A stretch of DNA of 32,000 nucleotides from Blochmannia endosymbiont of Camponotus nipponensis (GTDB taxonomy: Bacteria; Pseudomonadota; Gammaproteobacteria; Enterobacterales; Enterobacteriaceae): positions 480,001 through 512,000 of the forward strand of contig NZ_CP046534.1 in NCBI RefSeq assembly GCF_009827135.1, written 5' to 3'. The translations under genes and the position numbers were made by a program. Shown here piece by piece: positions 10,193 to 20,553 of the stretch. Below the pieces are notes generated by a model. The model had not been told where the DNA came from. It saw nothing but the letters and a program-made list of their open reading frames with translations, and did not search any database. Within the stretch, counting starts at the first letter, position 1. Every line of letters starts with the position of its first letter.

Positions 10193-10638
10193 ATATTATA
10201 TATTTGATAATTAACAAATTATTAAATTTTTAATGTGATGTGATGTTTGTGCGAATAAAAATGTATGAAGAATATTGTTGTTACAGGGAACTACTATTTT
10301 TAGTATTACTAAATACAGAGTGATATTTATTATATTTTTATTATTACTATTTTGAATTTTATATAGCATAACATACGATATTTAGTGGATACTAAATAAA
10401 TCTGAAAATCATATATTAATTAATCTAAGGTTACAAATTATATAAAAATATAAATTTCTGTTGAAAAATATCTATCTTTATATATTCATATAATAAATCT
10501 TTTTGGGTAAAAATAGTAATATGATTGTCTCTTGAATTATATTATTATTTGATTTTAGTGCAATTAAAATTGATGAATACAAATTTTTTGAATTAATTGA
10601 TATTTTAATAGTATTAACAGTTTTTATATGGAAATGAT

Positions 10639-11304
10639 ATGAAGCGTTTATTAATAGCTCCATCTATTTTGTCAGCTAATTTTGCTAAATTAGGAGAAGA
10701 TGTTACTAATATTATATCTGCTGGGGCAGATTTATTGCATTTTGATGTTATGGATAATCATTATGTTCCTAATTTAAGCATGGGATCCATGGTATTACAG
10801 TCGTTACGTAGTTATGGTATTAGTATTCCTATTGACGTTCATTTGATGGCTAAGCCGATAGATCAATTAATATCAGATTTTGCTGCTGTTGGGGCAACTT
10901 ATATTAGTTTTCATCCGGAAGCAACAGAACATATTGATAGATCATTGCAATTGATTAAAGAACACGGGTGTAAAGCAGGATTAGTTTTCAACCCTAGTAC
11001 TACTCTTAATTATCTGGAATATGTGATACATAATATTGATGTGATTGTATTGATGTCGGTGAATCCTGGATTTAGTGGACAGTTATTTATTCCTGTAATT
11101 TTAAATAAGATACGTCAAGCACGTAAATTAATAGATGATACGAATCGTAATATTGATTTAGCGGTAGATGGAGGAATTAATGTGAACAACATACGGTCAA
11201 TTCTGAAAGCTGGTGCAAATATATTTATTGTAGGATCAGCCATCTTTGAGTCTTCAAATTATTGCGAAGTTATGCATGTTTTTCGTTCTATTTTGTCAGA
11301 TTGA
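10639..11304 (+). CDS. rpe: Ribulose-phosphate 3-epimerase
   Basis: [17 protein letters not shown].., [31 protein letters not shown] and VDGG.NVNNI all match E. coli Rpe. Confidence 0.95.
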   Translation: MKRLLIAPSILSANFAKLGEDVTNIISAGADLLHFDVMDNHYVPNLSMGSMVLQSLRSYGISIPIDVHLMAKPIDQLISDFAAVGATYISFHPEATEHIDRSLQLIKEHGCKAGLVFNPSTTLNYLEYVIHNIDVIVLMSVNPGFSGQLFIPVILNKIRQARKLIDDTNRNIDLAVDGGINVNNIRSILKAGANIFIVGSAIFESSNYCEVMHVFRSILSD

Positions 11305-11485
11305 TAATACAAAGATATTTGATATTTTTTAAATAAAAAATTAAAAGAAATGTTTTATTTATTGTTACATAGTTATTTTGTTTGATTCAGATATTATTTA
11401 ATGTAATAAAAAATTGCTTCATATATACATGTGAAGTGATATATTTTATATTCTATAAAATATTTTTTGTTGTAAGTCATGTCAC

Positions 11486-11515
11486 TTGACATTGTCATAT
11501 TTACATTGATATGTA
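11486..11515 (+). promoter_or_regulatory. Candidate sigma70 promoter for trpS (-35 TTGACA, extended -10-like TGaTATGTA)
   Basis: This is the only perfect TTGACA I noticed in an intergenic position. An 18-nt spacer leads to TATGTA preceded by TG-n, about 70 nt upstream of the trpS ATG. The -10 matches only 3/6, and AT-rich DNA produces many false -10 boxes. Confidence 0.2.
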
Positions 11516-11587
11516 ATTGTCATTACATTACATGTAGCATAATAATGGTTTATTTGTTTTATCTTAAAAATTATGGAATATATTTAT

Positions 11588-12589
11588 ATGAATAAACCAA
11601 TTGTATTTAGTGGAGTTCAACCGTCAGGTGCACTTACTATTGGTAATTACATTGGAGCGATACGTCATTGGGTAAAAATGCAATATGATTATCAATGTAT
11701 GTATTGCATAGTGGATTTGCATTCAGTTACAAATCGTAGCAATTTACATCAATTACATAAAACATCGTTAGATACAGTAGCATTATATTTGGCATGTGGT
11801 ATTGACCCAAATAATACTACTATATTTATTCAGTCCCATGTCCCAGAACACAGTCAATTACAATGGTTATTAAATTGTTACACGTATTTTGGAGAGTTGA
11901 ATCGCATGACCCAATTTAAAGAAAAACTAGTACAACACAAGGAGAATGTTAACATTGGATTATTTAATTATCCAGTATTGATGGCATCAGATATTTTGTT
12001 ATATCAAACGAATTTAGTTCCAGTAGGTTCTGATCAAAAGCAACATTTGGAATTAACACGTAATATTGCCAAACGCTTTAATTATACATATGGTACAATT
12101 TTTGTTGTGCCAGAAGTATCGATACCTGTATGTGGTTCTCGTATCATGTCCTTGCTAGAGCCAAATAAAAAAATGTCTAAATCAGATTATAATTCTGACA
12201 ATTTTATTGCTCTTTTAGATGATATTAAAGTAGTATCAAAAAAGATTAAACATGCTATTACTGATACTGATCAACCTCCAATAATTAAGTATGATCCTAT
12301 TAATAAACCTGGTATTTCTAATTTATTAGATATTTTTTCTGGAATAAATGAACAACCTATTTCATATTTAGAGGAAATTTTTAAAGAAAAAACATATTCT
12401 CAATTAAAAAATGAACTTGTGCAATCAATGTCATCGGTTTTGATAAAACTGCAGGATCGTTATTATGCTGAACGCTCTAATGAAGATAGATTACGTTATA
12501 TATTACATATAGGGGCAAAAAAAGCACAAAAACAAGCTAGCATTACTTTAAGAAAAGTGCATCAAGCGATAGGACTTCTTAGTGATTAA
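11588..12589 (+). CDS. trpS: Tryptophan--tRNA ligase
   Basis: [21 protein letters not shown] matches the E. coli TrpS N-terminus ([21 protein letters not shown]). It has the KMSKS loop and [13 protein letters not shown]. An upstream in-frame ATG at 11573 adds 5 residues with no homologue. Confidence 0.94.
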   Translation: MNKPIVFSGVQPSGALTIGNYIGAIRHWVKMQYDYQCMYCIVDLHSVTNRSNLHQLHKTSLDTVALYLACGIDPNNTTIFIQSHVPEHSQLQWLLNCYTYFGELNRMTQFKEKLVQHKENVNIGLFNYPVLMASDILLYQTNLVPVGSDQKQHLELTRNIAKRFNYTYGTIFVVPEVSIPVCGSRIMSLLEPNKKMSKSDYNSDNFIALLDDIKVVSKKIKHAITDTDQPPIIKYDPINKPGISNLLDIFSGINEQPISYLEEIFKEKTYSQLKNELVQSMSSVLIKLQDRYYAERSNEDRLRYILHIGAKKAQKQASITLRKVHQAIGLLSD

Positions 12590-13025
12590 TAATTGAGTTT
12601 AATATTATGATATTAATTATAACCGTATGTATGTAGATGTATAAATAATAAAAATAAAATATTTTTTAAATCTATCATTGAACGTTATACTACTATAGAT
12701 ACTATTATAGTATATTGCCTATACATTATATATATTGTAGAGTATAGGAAAATTGATCATTTATAGTAATTTAGATATTTAAATATAATAAAAACTCATA
12801 CTATAAATAACTATAATTATATTTAATTATAACATTGTACTTATATAAAAAGAGTTACGCATTTGAAGTTTTCATGGTCTTGTTACTTAACAAATATATG
12901 TATAAATATGTTTATAATCATCGTATTAAATTTTTTGCTAACGCTTGATGAAAAATTATTTTAAAAAACTATTTTTTAGTGTACTTACATAATCAGTTAA
13001 TAATTGCGTTTGATCATCAATCATA

Positions 13026-13607
13026 ATGAACAAAATTCTTATTATCGATAACTATGATTCTTTCACTTGGAATCTTTATCAATACTTTCGAGAAATGGGT
13101 GGTATGGTGGAAGTTAGAAGACACGATGCTGTTAATATCACAGATATTGAACGATTGTCTCCTGAGCGTTTAGTAATTTCTCCTGGACCTGGGACCCCAG
13201 ATAATGCAGGTATTTCTTTAGATGCAATTTGTTATTTTCATAGTAGGATACCTATTCTTGGAGTATGTCTTGGGCATCAAGCTATAGCTCAATTTTTTGG
13301 AGCTAAATTAAAATGTGCGAGAGACATAATGCATGGTAAAACTTCTTTAATACACCATAATGCAAGTGGAATATTTAATAAATTAACACAACCTTTAAAT
13401 GTAGTTAGATATCATTCTTTAGTGATTGATGGAAGCACTATTCCAGCATGTTTAGAAATAACTGCATGGAGTGCATGCAGTGATGAGTATAGTGAAATCA
13501 TGGGGATTCGTCATTGTAAGTTAGCTATAGAAGGCGTGCAATTTCATCCAGAAAGTATATTAAGCGAACAAGGATACCAAATGTTAGCTAATTTCATGAA
13601 TTATTAA
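13026..13607 (+). CDS. pabA: Aminodeoxychorismate synthase glutamine amidotransferase subunit (PabA; TrpG-type GATase)
   Basis: [28 protein letters not shown], the [10 protein letters not shown] catalytic Cys, and [14 protein letters not shown] (His/Glu) match E. coli PabA. It is standalone rather than fused to TrpD, and its position between trpS and rpsL matches E. coli order. Confidence 0.88.
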   Translation: MNKILIIDNYDSFTWNLYQYFREMGGMVEVRRHDAVNITDIERLSPERLVISPGPGTPDNAGISLDAICYFHSRIPILGVCLGHQAIAQFFGAKLKCARDIMHGKTSLIHHNASGIFNKLTQPLNVVRYHSLVIDGSTIPACLEITAWSACSDEYSEIMGIRHCKLAIEGVQFHPESILSEQGYQMLANFMNY

Positions 13608-15583
13608 TTTTTAAAATTTAATAAATTTGTTGGGGTAAAATATAAATATTATGTAGATATAGTAATATAAGTTTAATATATATATATATTTTTAATATAT
13701 AAAAATTATAGTTCCTATAACAATAAGGTTGTTGGTAAGTACTGTGACATATTTTTGATAGTTATATGTTGTTGTATTAATATTTAAATATTATCTTGGA
13801 TGAGATTTCATAATAAGATCAATGGTAACCTAAATCTTAATTTTTAATATTATTTATTTTAAAAAATATATGATAAAAAAATATTTTTCAATGCAATTAT
13901 ATATATGTATTTTTTAATTGATTTTTTTAGTGTTTCTAATAAAATCATTGATTAAATAATATTAAAATTTTTATTTGTTTTTTTTGTTTATGTAATAGTA
14001 AATATGAAATGTATGAAAAATAATAGCATTTTTTATTGTTTATATCTCGTATGATAATTATATGTATGTATTGTATTTTTATAACATGATTTACACATAA
14101 ATTTATATATTAGTTTTTTTATAAGAGAAGATACATGATATATTAAATAGTATGTTTTATTTAGGATAAATAATAGTAATTATAACTCAATTCAAAACGT
14201 ATGATGCTCTATATGTTATATGTGAAACAACATATACACAATATTTTAAGCAGTTGTATGTGTTATTTATAATTATTTTTTACCAAAAAATATAATATTT
14301 TTAAATTATTTATGTTATACATAAATACTAATATATTATATATATAATATATTCGAATATTTTCAAACTAATTCTTATACATGTATTTATTTATTAAAAT
14401 TTAATTTATTATGTAGTTTACATGAATTAAATTAGTTATAGAGATCATGTTAGAATTTAATTTTGAAACAGTTTAAGAATTGGATATTGATAAATTATGT
14501 CGATTTTTCATTAATAGTATAGTCATATATATAACATCTCATTTATGTCCTTTTATAAAAAAATTATTATGTAAGTTTAATGATGATTTATATAATATTT
14601 TACAATAAAATAATTAATTAAAAGTAAAAATTTTTTAATTTTCAGTTAACATAGAAATATGGAAGTGAATAATTTTTTAATATATATTTTATGAGATTTC
14701 ATTTTTTAATTCTAGATTGTTGCAATCGCAATGATTTATGTAATATATAGATATTGTCTATTGTGTCAAAATCATCAATATTATAGTGAATGTTCTTAGA
14801 TGTTTTGTCTATTATTGTGTGAACTTTAAAACTTTTTATAGATCTAATATATTAAATAGTTAGTTTAATTATAAAAAATTATATAGATTATATATGCTTA
14901 AACAGCAATAATTTACAATATACTATAATTACGTAAAATAGAAACTGTTGTTATGGAAGGGTAAAAATTATGAAATCTTTGTTTGTGAAATTTATTTTAT
15001 TCATTTTTATTGTTTCTCTTGCTCTTACTGGTATTATTTGTTAATTTAAAAAGGTGTCAAAACCATTGAAAAATTTAGATATGATTTTTTTTTCAATTAG
15101 AAAACTGTATGTGTTTCATATATTAACTATAAATTTTAACTATTTATAGGATTGAAATATCACTCTTCTTATAGAGAAGTATAATTTTTTAAAATATGTT
15201 ATTTCTATTTTAGTTATCTTAAACAATACAATATAATATTATAACAAAGGAATGTTATATTCTGTTATATTATGTAATAAAATAATTTTATTATACGGTG
15301 ACTGATGTTACTCTTTTTTATATGTAATAATGAAAATTGTTTAATGTTAATTTATTAGAATGTATTTTAAAAAAAAATTATATGTTTTGGTTATGTATTA
15401 TATTTAGAAGATGCTACATTTTATATCAAATTTAGTAGATAATAGTGCTGTGTCTGCAATTATTATCGAACATATAATTAGTAATAATATAATAGCGGTC
15501 TTTATTTGAGTTAAGAGGTACTATTTAAATAGTGTGATATTAGATATGGTTTATTTCATACAAAAAGATTGGAGATTGTATCA
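13608..15583. other. About 1.98 kb ORF-free, extremely AT-rich spacer (putative eroded remnant of deleted genes)
   Basis: No track ORF appears on either strand across about 2 kb. It contains (TA)n runs and a 24-bp perfect AT palindrome (14330-14353). The only SD-preceded reading frame I found is 14970-15044. Confidence 0.6.
14970..15044 (+). other. SD-preceded 24-codon hydrophobic small ORF (MKSLFVKFILFIFIVSLALTGIIC); possibly a relic of the fkpA signal peptide or a small membrane peptide
   Basis: GGAAGGG lies 7-8 nt upstream of the ATG. The product has n-region/h-region signal-peptide architecture. Its first five residues equal the E. coli FkpA N-terminus as I recall it (MKSLFKVTLL..). It is on the same strand as rpsL and upstream of it, as fkpA is in E. 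coli. It is too short for statistical support. Confidence 0.25.
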
Positions 15584-15955
15584 ATGACAACAATCAATCA
15601 ACTTGTTCGTAATGCACGTCTTACAAAAATTGTCAAAAGTAATGTGCCAGCGTTGGAGTCTTGTCCACAAAAAAGAGGAGTGTGTGTACGTGTATATACT
15701 ACTACTCCAAAGAAACCGAATTCTGCGTTGAGAAAGGTGTGTCGTGTTCGTTTGACTAATGGATTAGAAGTTACTTCTTATATCGGAGGGGAAGGTCATA
15801 ACTTACAGGAGCATGCTTCAATTTTAATCAGAGGGGGTCGTGTTAAAGACTTACCAGGTGTTAGATACCATGTTGTGCGTGGAGCCCTTGATTGTGCAGG
15901 AGTTAATTCTCGCAAGCAAAGTCGTTCCAAATATGGAACAAAAAAATTAAAATAA
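15584..15955 (+). CDS. rpsL: 30S ribosomal protein S12
   Basis: [49 protein letters not shown] is nearly identical to E. coli S12. GGAG lies 9 nt upstream of ATG 15584, and the track's TTG 15569 start is an over-extension. Confidence 0.97.
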   Translation: MTTINQLVRNARLTKIVKSNVPALESCPQKRGVCVRVYTTTPKKPNSALRKVCRVRLTNGLEVTSYIGGEGHNLQEHASILIRGGRVKDLPGVRYHVVRGALDCAGVNSRKQSRSKYGTKKLK

Positions 15956-16105
15956 TAATATGCTAAGAAATAAAAAGTATGATGTTTTTATTTTTGATTT
16001 AATTATATTTTTAAATATAAAGCGGGGTACTACTAGTTTTAGATATAGTAATTTTAATGCTTATTTTTAAATAAAGAATTAATTGGTAAAAGAGGGTTAT
16101 AATTC

Positions 16106-16576
16106 ATGCCACGTCGTCGCATAGTTATGAAGCGTAATGTTTTTCCAGATCCAAAATTTGGCTCTAATCTTTTGGCGAAATTTATCAATATTTTGATGTT
16201 AAACGGAAAAAAATCTGTAGCAGAAACTATAGTATACTCTGCTTTGGATATGCTATTAAAACAATCTAATAAAGATTGTTTGGAAACATTCGAGATAGCT
16301 TTAAATAATGTACGTCCAGTTGTAGAAGTAAAATCTAGACGTGTTGGTGGTTCTACTTATCAAGTACCAGTAGAAGTGCGTCTTGCTCGTAGAAATACTC
16401 TCGCTATGCGGTGGATAATTGAAGCTGCTCGGAAAAGAAATGATAAATCTATGGAATTACGTTTAGCCAATGAGTTTTTAGATGCGATAGAAGGTAAAGG
16501 ATATGCTGTTAAAAAACGTGAAGAAATACACCGTATTGCAGAGTCTAATAAAGCTTTTGCTCATTATCGTTGGTAA
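16106..16576 (+). CDS. rpsG: 30S ribosomal protein S7
   Basis: MPRRR.., [31 protein letters not shown] and NKAFAHYRW at the end match E. coli S7. This is the 156-aa form. AGAGGG lies upstream. Confidence 0.97.
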   Translation: MPRRRIVMKRNVFPDPKFGSNLLAKFINILMLNGKKSVAETIVYSALDMLLKQSNKDCLETFEIALNNVRPVVEVKSRRVGGSTYQVPVEVRLARRNTLAMRWIIEAARKRNDKSMELRLANEFLDAIEGKGYAVKKREEIHRIAESNKAFAHYRW

Positions 16577-16747
16577 CACGGTTTTATTTGGGATGGTGGA
16601 TAGTATTCAATTTTTTAAAATTTTTAATGATTGCTGAATTATTAAGTAATTGTGCATTTAAATATATTTGAATGTTGTTAAAAGAGTATTATGGAAACAT
16701 AATAGATATCTTTTATTTAAATTATAATAATATTATTGAGGATATTA

Positions 16748-18868
16748 ATGGCTCGTGTAACACCGATCGTACGGTATCGTAACATTGGAATCAGTGCGCA
16801 TATTGACGCTGGAAAAACTACTACTACCGAACGTATTTTATTTTATACAGGTGTGAATCATAAAATTGGAGAAGTACATACTGGTTCTGCAACTATGGAT
16901 TGGATGGAACAAGAGCAGGAACGGGGAATAACAATTACTTCTGCAGCTACTACTTGTTTTTGGTCAGGCATGGCCAATCAATTTGAACCACATCGCATTA
17001 ATATTATAGATACTCCTGGACACGTGGATTTTACTATTGAAGTAGAACGGTCTATGCGTATTCTTGACGGTGTAGTAATGATTTATTGTGCTGTAGGAGG
17101 CGTACAACCTCAATCTGAAACAGTATGGCGGCAAGCAAATAAATATAAGGTACCACGTATTGCATTTATAAATAAAATGGATCGAATAGGTGCAGATTAT
17201 CTACGAGTTGTAAAACAATTAAAAACTAGGTTATTTGCTAATCCTGTTCCTATCCAATTAGCTGTAGGTTCAGAAGATAAATTTACTGGAATTGTCGACT
17301 TGATTAAGATGAAAGAAATTCGTTGGAACGAAACAGATCAAGGTGTTACTTTTTCTTACAGTGAAATACCTGATAATTTAATAGAACTATCAAATATATG
17401 GCGTAAACACTTAATAGAGTCTGCTGTTGAAGAGTCTGAGGAGTTAATGGATAAATATTTGTCTAATAGTAATGCACTAACAGAACAAGAGATTAAACAA
17501 GCGTTGCGTCAGAGAGTATTAAGTAATGAAATTGTGTTAGTGACGTGTGGATCCGCTTTTAAAAACAAAGGGGTGCAGGCGATGTTGGATGCGGTTGTAG
17601 AGTATTTACCATCGCCAAGTGATGTAACATCTATTACGGGTGTATTAAAGGATGGATCTATTCAGGTTAAACGTCACGCTAAAGATAATGAACCATTTTC
17701 AGCTTTAGCATTTAAAATAGCTGCTGATCCATTTGTGGGAAATTTAACTTTTTTTAGAGTATACTCAGGTGTTGTAAACTCTGGAGATAGTGTTTTGAAT
17801 CCTGTAAAAGAAAAACGTGAACGATTTGGTCGGATAGTACAAATGCATGCAAATAAACGGGAAGAAATTAAAGCTGTTTATGCAGGCGATATTGCTGCAG
17901 CTATCGGTTTAAAAGATGTTGATACTGGAGATACTTTATGTGATCCATCCTCTCCGATTATTCTCGAACGTATGGAATTTCCAGAACCAGTTATTTCTGT
18001 GATGGTTGAAGCTAAAACTAAATCAGATCAAGAGAAAATGGGTGTAGCTTTAAATCGTTTAGCACAAGAGGATCCATCATTTCGTGTATGGATTGATAAA
18101 GATTCCGGACAAACGATTATTGCCGGGATGGGTGAATTACATTTAGAAATTCTTGTAGAACGTATGAGAAGGGAATTTAATGTTGAAGCGAATGTAGGAA
18201 AACCTCAGGTTGCTTATCGTGAAACTATCCGTACTAGTGTAAAGCAAGAGGGTAAATATATTCGTCAATCAGGAGGTAGGGGACAATTCGGGCATGTTTG
18301 GTTACGTATTGAACCGATGTATCCTCATGAAGAGGGTTATAAATTTTTAAATGAAATTGTAGGAGGAGTTGTACCTAAGGAGTATATACCTGCTGTGGAT
18401 AAAGGTATACAGGAACAAATAAGTAACGGTATTCTCGCTGGGTATCCGATTGTAGATATTTGTGTGGCTATTTTTGATGGTTCTTATCACGAAGTTGATT
18501 CTTCAGAAATAGCGTTTAAAATAGCAGGATCCATAGCATTTAAAGAAGGGTTCATGAAGGCTCATCCTGTGTTGTTAGAACCTATTATGAATGTAGAAAT
18601 TGAAACACCTGAGGATTATATGGGGGATGTTATTGCAGATTTAAATCGTCGCCGCGGGACAATTAGTGATTTAGAAGATTCTACTATTGGTGGAAAGATA
18701 GTTTTTGCTCAGGTTCCTTTATCTGAAATGTTTGGTTATGCTACTGGCTTGCGTTCAAAAACTCAAGGACGTGCTTCTTATTCTATGGAATTTTTAAAAT
18801 ATAATGAAGTACCCAACAATATAGCGCAAATTATTATAAATTCTCGTAAATCAAGTAATAACAAATAA
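16748..18868 (+). CDS. fusA: Elongation factor G
   Basis: [44 protein letters not shown].. is nearly identical to E. coli EF-G along its full length. GAGGA lies 5 nt upstream of ATG 16748, and the track's TTG 16736 start is an over-extension. Confidence 0.98.
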   Translation: MARVTPIVRYRNIGISAHIDAGKTTTTERILFYTGVNHKIGEVHTGSATMDWMEQEQERGITITSAATTCFWSGMANQFEPHRINIIDTPGHVDFTIEVERSMRILDGVVMIYCAVGGVQPQSETVWRQANKYKVPRIAFINKMDRIGADYLRVVKQLKTRLFANPVPIQLAVGSEDKFTGIVDLIKMKEIRWNETDQGVTFSYSEIPDNLIELSNIWRKHLIESAVEESEELMDKYLSNSNALTEQEIKQALRQRVLSNEIVLVTCGSAFKNKGVQAMLDAVVEYLPSPSDVTSITGVLKDGSIQVKRHAKDNEPFSALAFKIAADPFVGNLTFFRVYSGVVNSGDSVLNPVKEKRERFGRIVQMHANKREEIKAVYAGDIAAAIGLKDVDTGDTLCDPSSPIILERMEFPEPVISVMVEAKTKSDQEKMGVALNRLAQEDPSFRVWIDKDSGQTIIAGMGELHLEILVERMRREFNVEANVGKPQVAYRETIRTSVKQEGKYIRQSGGRGQFGHVWLRIEPMYPHEEGYKFLNEIVGGVVPKEYIPAVDKGIQEQISNGILAGYPIVDICVAIFDGSYHEVDSSEIAFKIAGSIAFKEGFMKAHPVLLEPIMNVEIETPEDYMGDVIADLNRRRGTISDLEDSTIGGKIVFAQVPLSEMFGYATGLRSKTQGRASYSMEFLKYNEVPNNIAQIIINSRKSSNNK

Positions 18869-18922
18869 TATTTAGGTTAAAATATTTTTAAAAAATGGTA
18901 AAAAGACCTAAGGAGTTTAGAG

Positions 18923-20107
18923 GTGTCCAAAGAAAAATTTAAACGTGTCAAGCCACATATTAATGTAGGAACCATTGGTCATGTAGATCACGGGAAAACT
19001 ACTTTAACTGCTGCTATAACTACTGTTTTATCTAAATATTATGGTGGTTCTGCTCGGGCTTTCGATCAAATTGATAATGCTCCAGAGGAAAAAGCACGAG
19101 GAATTACTATAAATACTTCTCATGTTGAATATGATACTTTACATCGACATTATGCTCATGTTGATTGTCCTGGGCATGCTGATTATGTAAAAAACATGAT
19201 AACTGGAGCTGCGCAAATGGATGGTGCAATTTTGGTAGTCGCTGCTACTGATGGACCTATGCCGCAAACTCGTGAGCATATTTTATTAGCTAGACAAGTA
19301 GGAGTACCCCATATCATTGTGTTTATGAATAAGTGTGATATGGTGAATGACGAAGAGTTATTAGAATTGGTTGAAATGGAAATGAGAGAATTATTATCTC
19401 AATATGACTTTTCAGGAGAAAATACACCAATTATTCGTGGATCTGCTTTAAAAGCATTGGAAAATGATGAAGTATGGTCTAATAAAATTTTAGAATTATC
19501 AGATGTGTTAGATAATTATATTCCAGAGCCTAAACGTGCAGTGGATCAACCGTTTTTATTACCTATTGAAGATGTGTTTTCCATTTCTGGGCGTGGTACT
19601 GTTGTGACAGGCCGTATTGAACGTGGTGTTATCAAAATAGGAGAAGAAATAGAAATTGTCGGTATAAAAGATACAATAAAAACCACATGTACTGGAGTAG
19701 AAATGTTTAGAAAATTATTGGACGAAGGACGTGCTGGAGAAAATGTTGGTGTTTTATTACGTGGTACTAAACGAGATGAGGTAGAACGCGGCCAGGTATT
19801 GTCTAAACCTGGATATATCAAACCGTATTCTCATTTTGAGTCAGAAGTGTATATTTTAAATAAAGATGAAGGAGGAAGGCATACACCGTTTTTTAAGGGT
19901 TATCGCCCTCAATTTTATTTCCGTACTACAGATGTTACTGGTACTATTGAATTACCGGAAGGGGTGGAGATGGTAATGCCTGGCGATAATATTAGAATGG
20001 TTGTGAACTTAATTGCTCCGATAGCTATGAATGATGGGTTGCGTTTTGCTATTAGAGAAGGTGGTCGCACTATAGGGGCTGGCATTGTGTCCAAAATTAT
20101 ATCCTGA
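18923..20107 (+). CDS. tuf: Elongation factor Tu
   Basis: It has a GTG start, as in E. coli tufA/tuf[30 protein letters not shown].. shows very high identity over the full length. AGGAG lies upstream. Confidence 0.98.
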   Translation: MSKEKFKRVKPHINVGTIGHVDHGKTTLTAAITTVLSKYYGGSARAFDQIDNAPEEKARGITINTSHVEYDTLHRHYAHVDCPGHADYVKNMITGAAQMDGAILVVAATDGPMPQTREHILLARQVGVPHIIVFMNKCDMVNDEELLELVEMEMRELLSQYDFSGENTPIIRGSALKALENDEVWSNKILELSDVLDNYIPEPKRAVDQPFLLPIEDVFSISGRGTVVTGRIERGVIKIGEEIEIVGIKDTIKTTCTGVEMFRKLLDEGRAGENVGVLLRGTKRDEVERGQVLSKPGYIKPYSHFESEVYILNKDEGGRHTPFFKGYRPQFYFRTTDVTGTIELPEGVEMVMPGDNIRMVVNLIAPIAMNDGLRFAIREGGRTIGAGIVSKIIS

Positions 20108-20174
20108 TTGTATAAATGTTTATAAGTATAATTATATAAAAAATACATTTATAAAGATGTACTAGTGTGTTTAT

Positions 20175-20552
20175 ATGCAAATAAAAAATGAAAATAAAAA
20201 AAATATATATATATTAGAGATAGTTAAATGGATTAGTATTATAGGATTACTTGTAATTTCTATTGTTGGAAATTATTTATATCGTGATGTTAATGTTTTA
20301 GTTCGGAGTATAGTGGTTTTTATTATTATTGCTGTTGCTATGTATATTGTGTTAATTACTAAAATAGGAAAAATAATAGTTATATTTGGAAATGAATCAC
20401 GTACTGAGTTGAAAAAAGTGGTGTGGCCTACTTATAGGGATGGATTAAATACTACTCTAATTGTGATAGGAGCCACTACAATTATGTCATTGTTATTATG
20501 GGGATTAGATACTATTTTAGTTCATGTTGTATCATTTGGGTTAAGGTTATAA
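20175..20552 (+). CDS. secE: Preprotein translocase subunit SecE
   Basis: It has three TM segments. [16 protein letters not shown] and TT.IV......MSL.LWGLD..LV..VSF match E. coli SecE. It ends 1 nt before the nusG ATG. Confidence 0.93.
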   Translation: MQIKNENKKNIYILEIVKWISIIGLLVISIVGNYLYRDVNVLVRSIVVFIIIAVAMYIVLITKIGKIIVIFGNESRTELKKVVWPTYRDGLNTTLIVIGATTIMSLLLWGLDTILVHVVSFGLRL

Positions 20553-20553
20553 T

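Noticed and set aside
10478-10663. A 61-aa minus-strand ORF in the aroB-rpe spacer, considered as a possible dam/damX relic.
   Set aside because: It is on the wrong strand for the operon and overlaps the rpe start. Its Ile/Asn/Lys-rich low-complexity sequence is typical of random AT-rich DNA and shows no resemblance to Dam motifs (e.g. DPPY).
14330-14360. A 24-bp perfect palindrome AATATATTATATATATAATATATT, overlapped by the 12-bp palindrome ATATTCGAATAT. I considered it as a protein-binding site, a cruciform or an origin-like element.
   Set aside because: It consists almost entirely of A/T in a TA-repeat context, where slippage readily generates palindromes. There are no flanking DnaA-box, IHF-like or repeated-iteron architectures. 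The TTCGAAT core is not embedded in any tRNA-like structure.
13801-14703. A 12-bp direct repeat ATGAGATTTCAT occurring twice (about 13800 and about 14691) in the large spacer, considered as repeat-array or CRISPR-like structure.
   Set aside because: There are only two copies about 890 bp apart, with no regular spacing and no further copies. This is compatible with chance in 2 kb of low-complexity DNA.
16405-16420. GGTGGATAA, an 8/9 match to a DnaA box (TGTGGATAA), inside rpsG.
   Set aside because: It is a single imperfect copy within a conserved coding sequence (MRWIIEA). There is no cluster of boxes or AT-rich unwinding element, and this is not an origin context.
20108-20174. The 9-bp inverted repeat TATAAATGT ... 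ACATTTATA in the tuf-secE gap, considered as the tuf terminator.
   Set aside because: The loop is about 25 nt, the stem is all A/T and no T-run follows. It is too weak to call an intrinsic terminator by eye.
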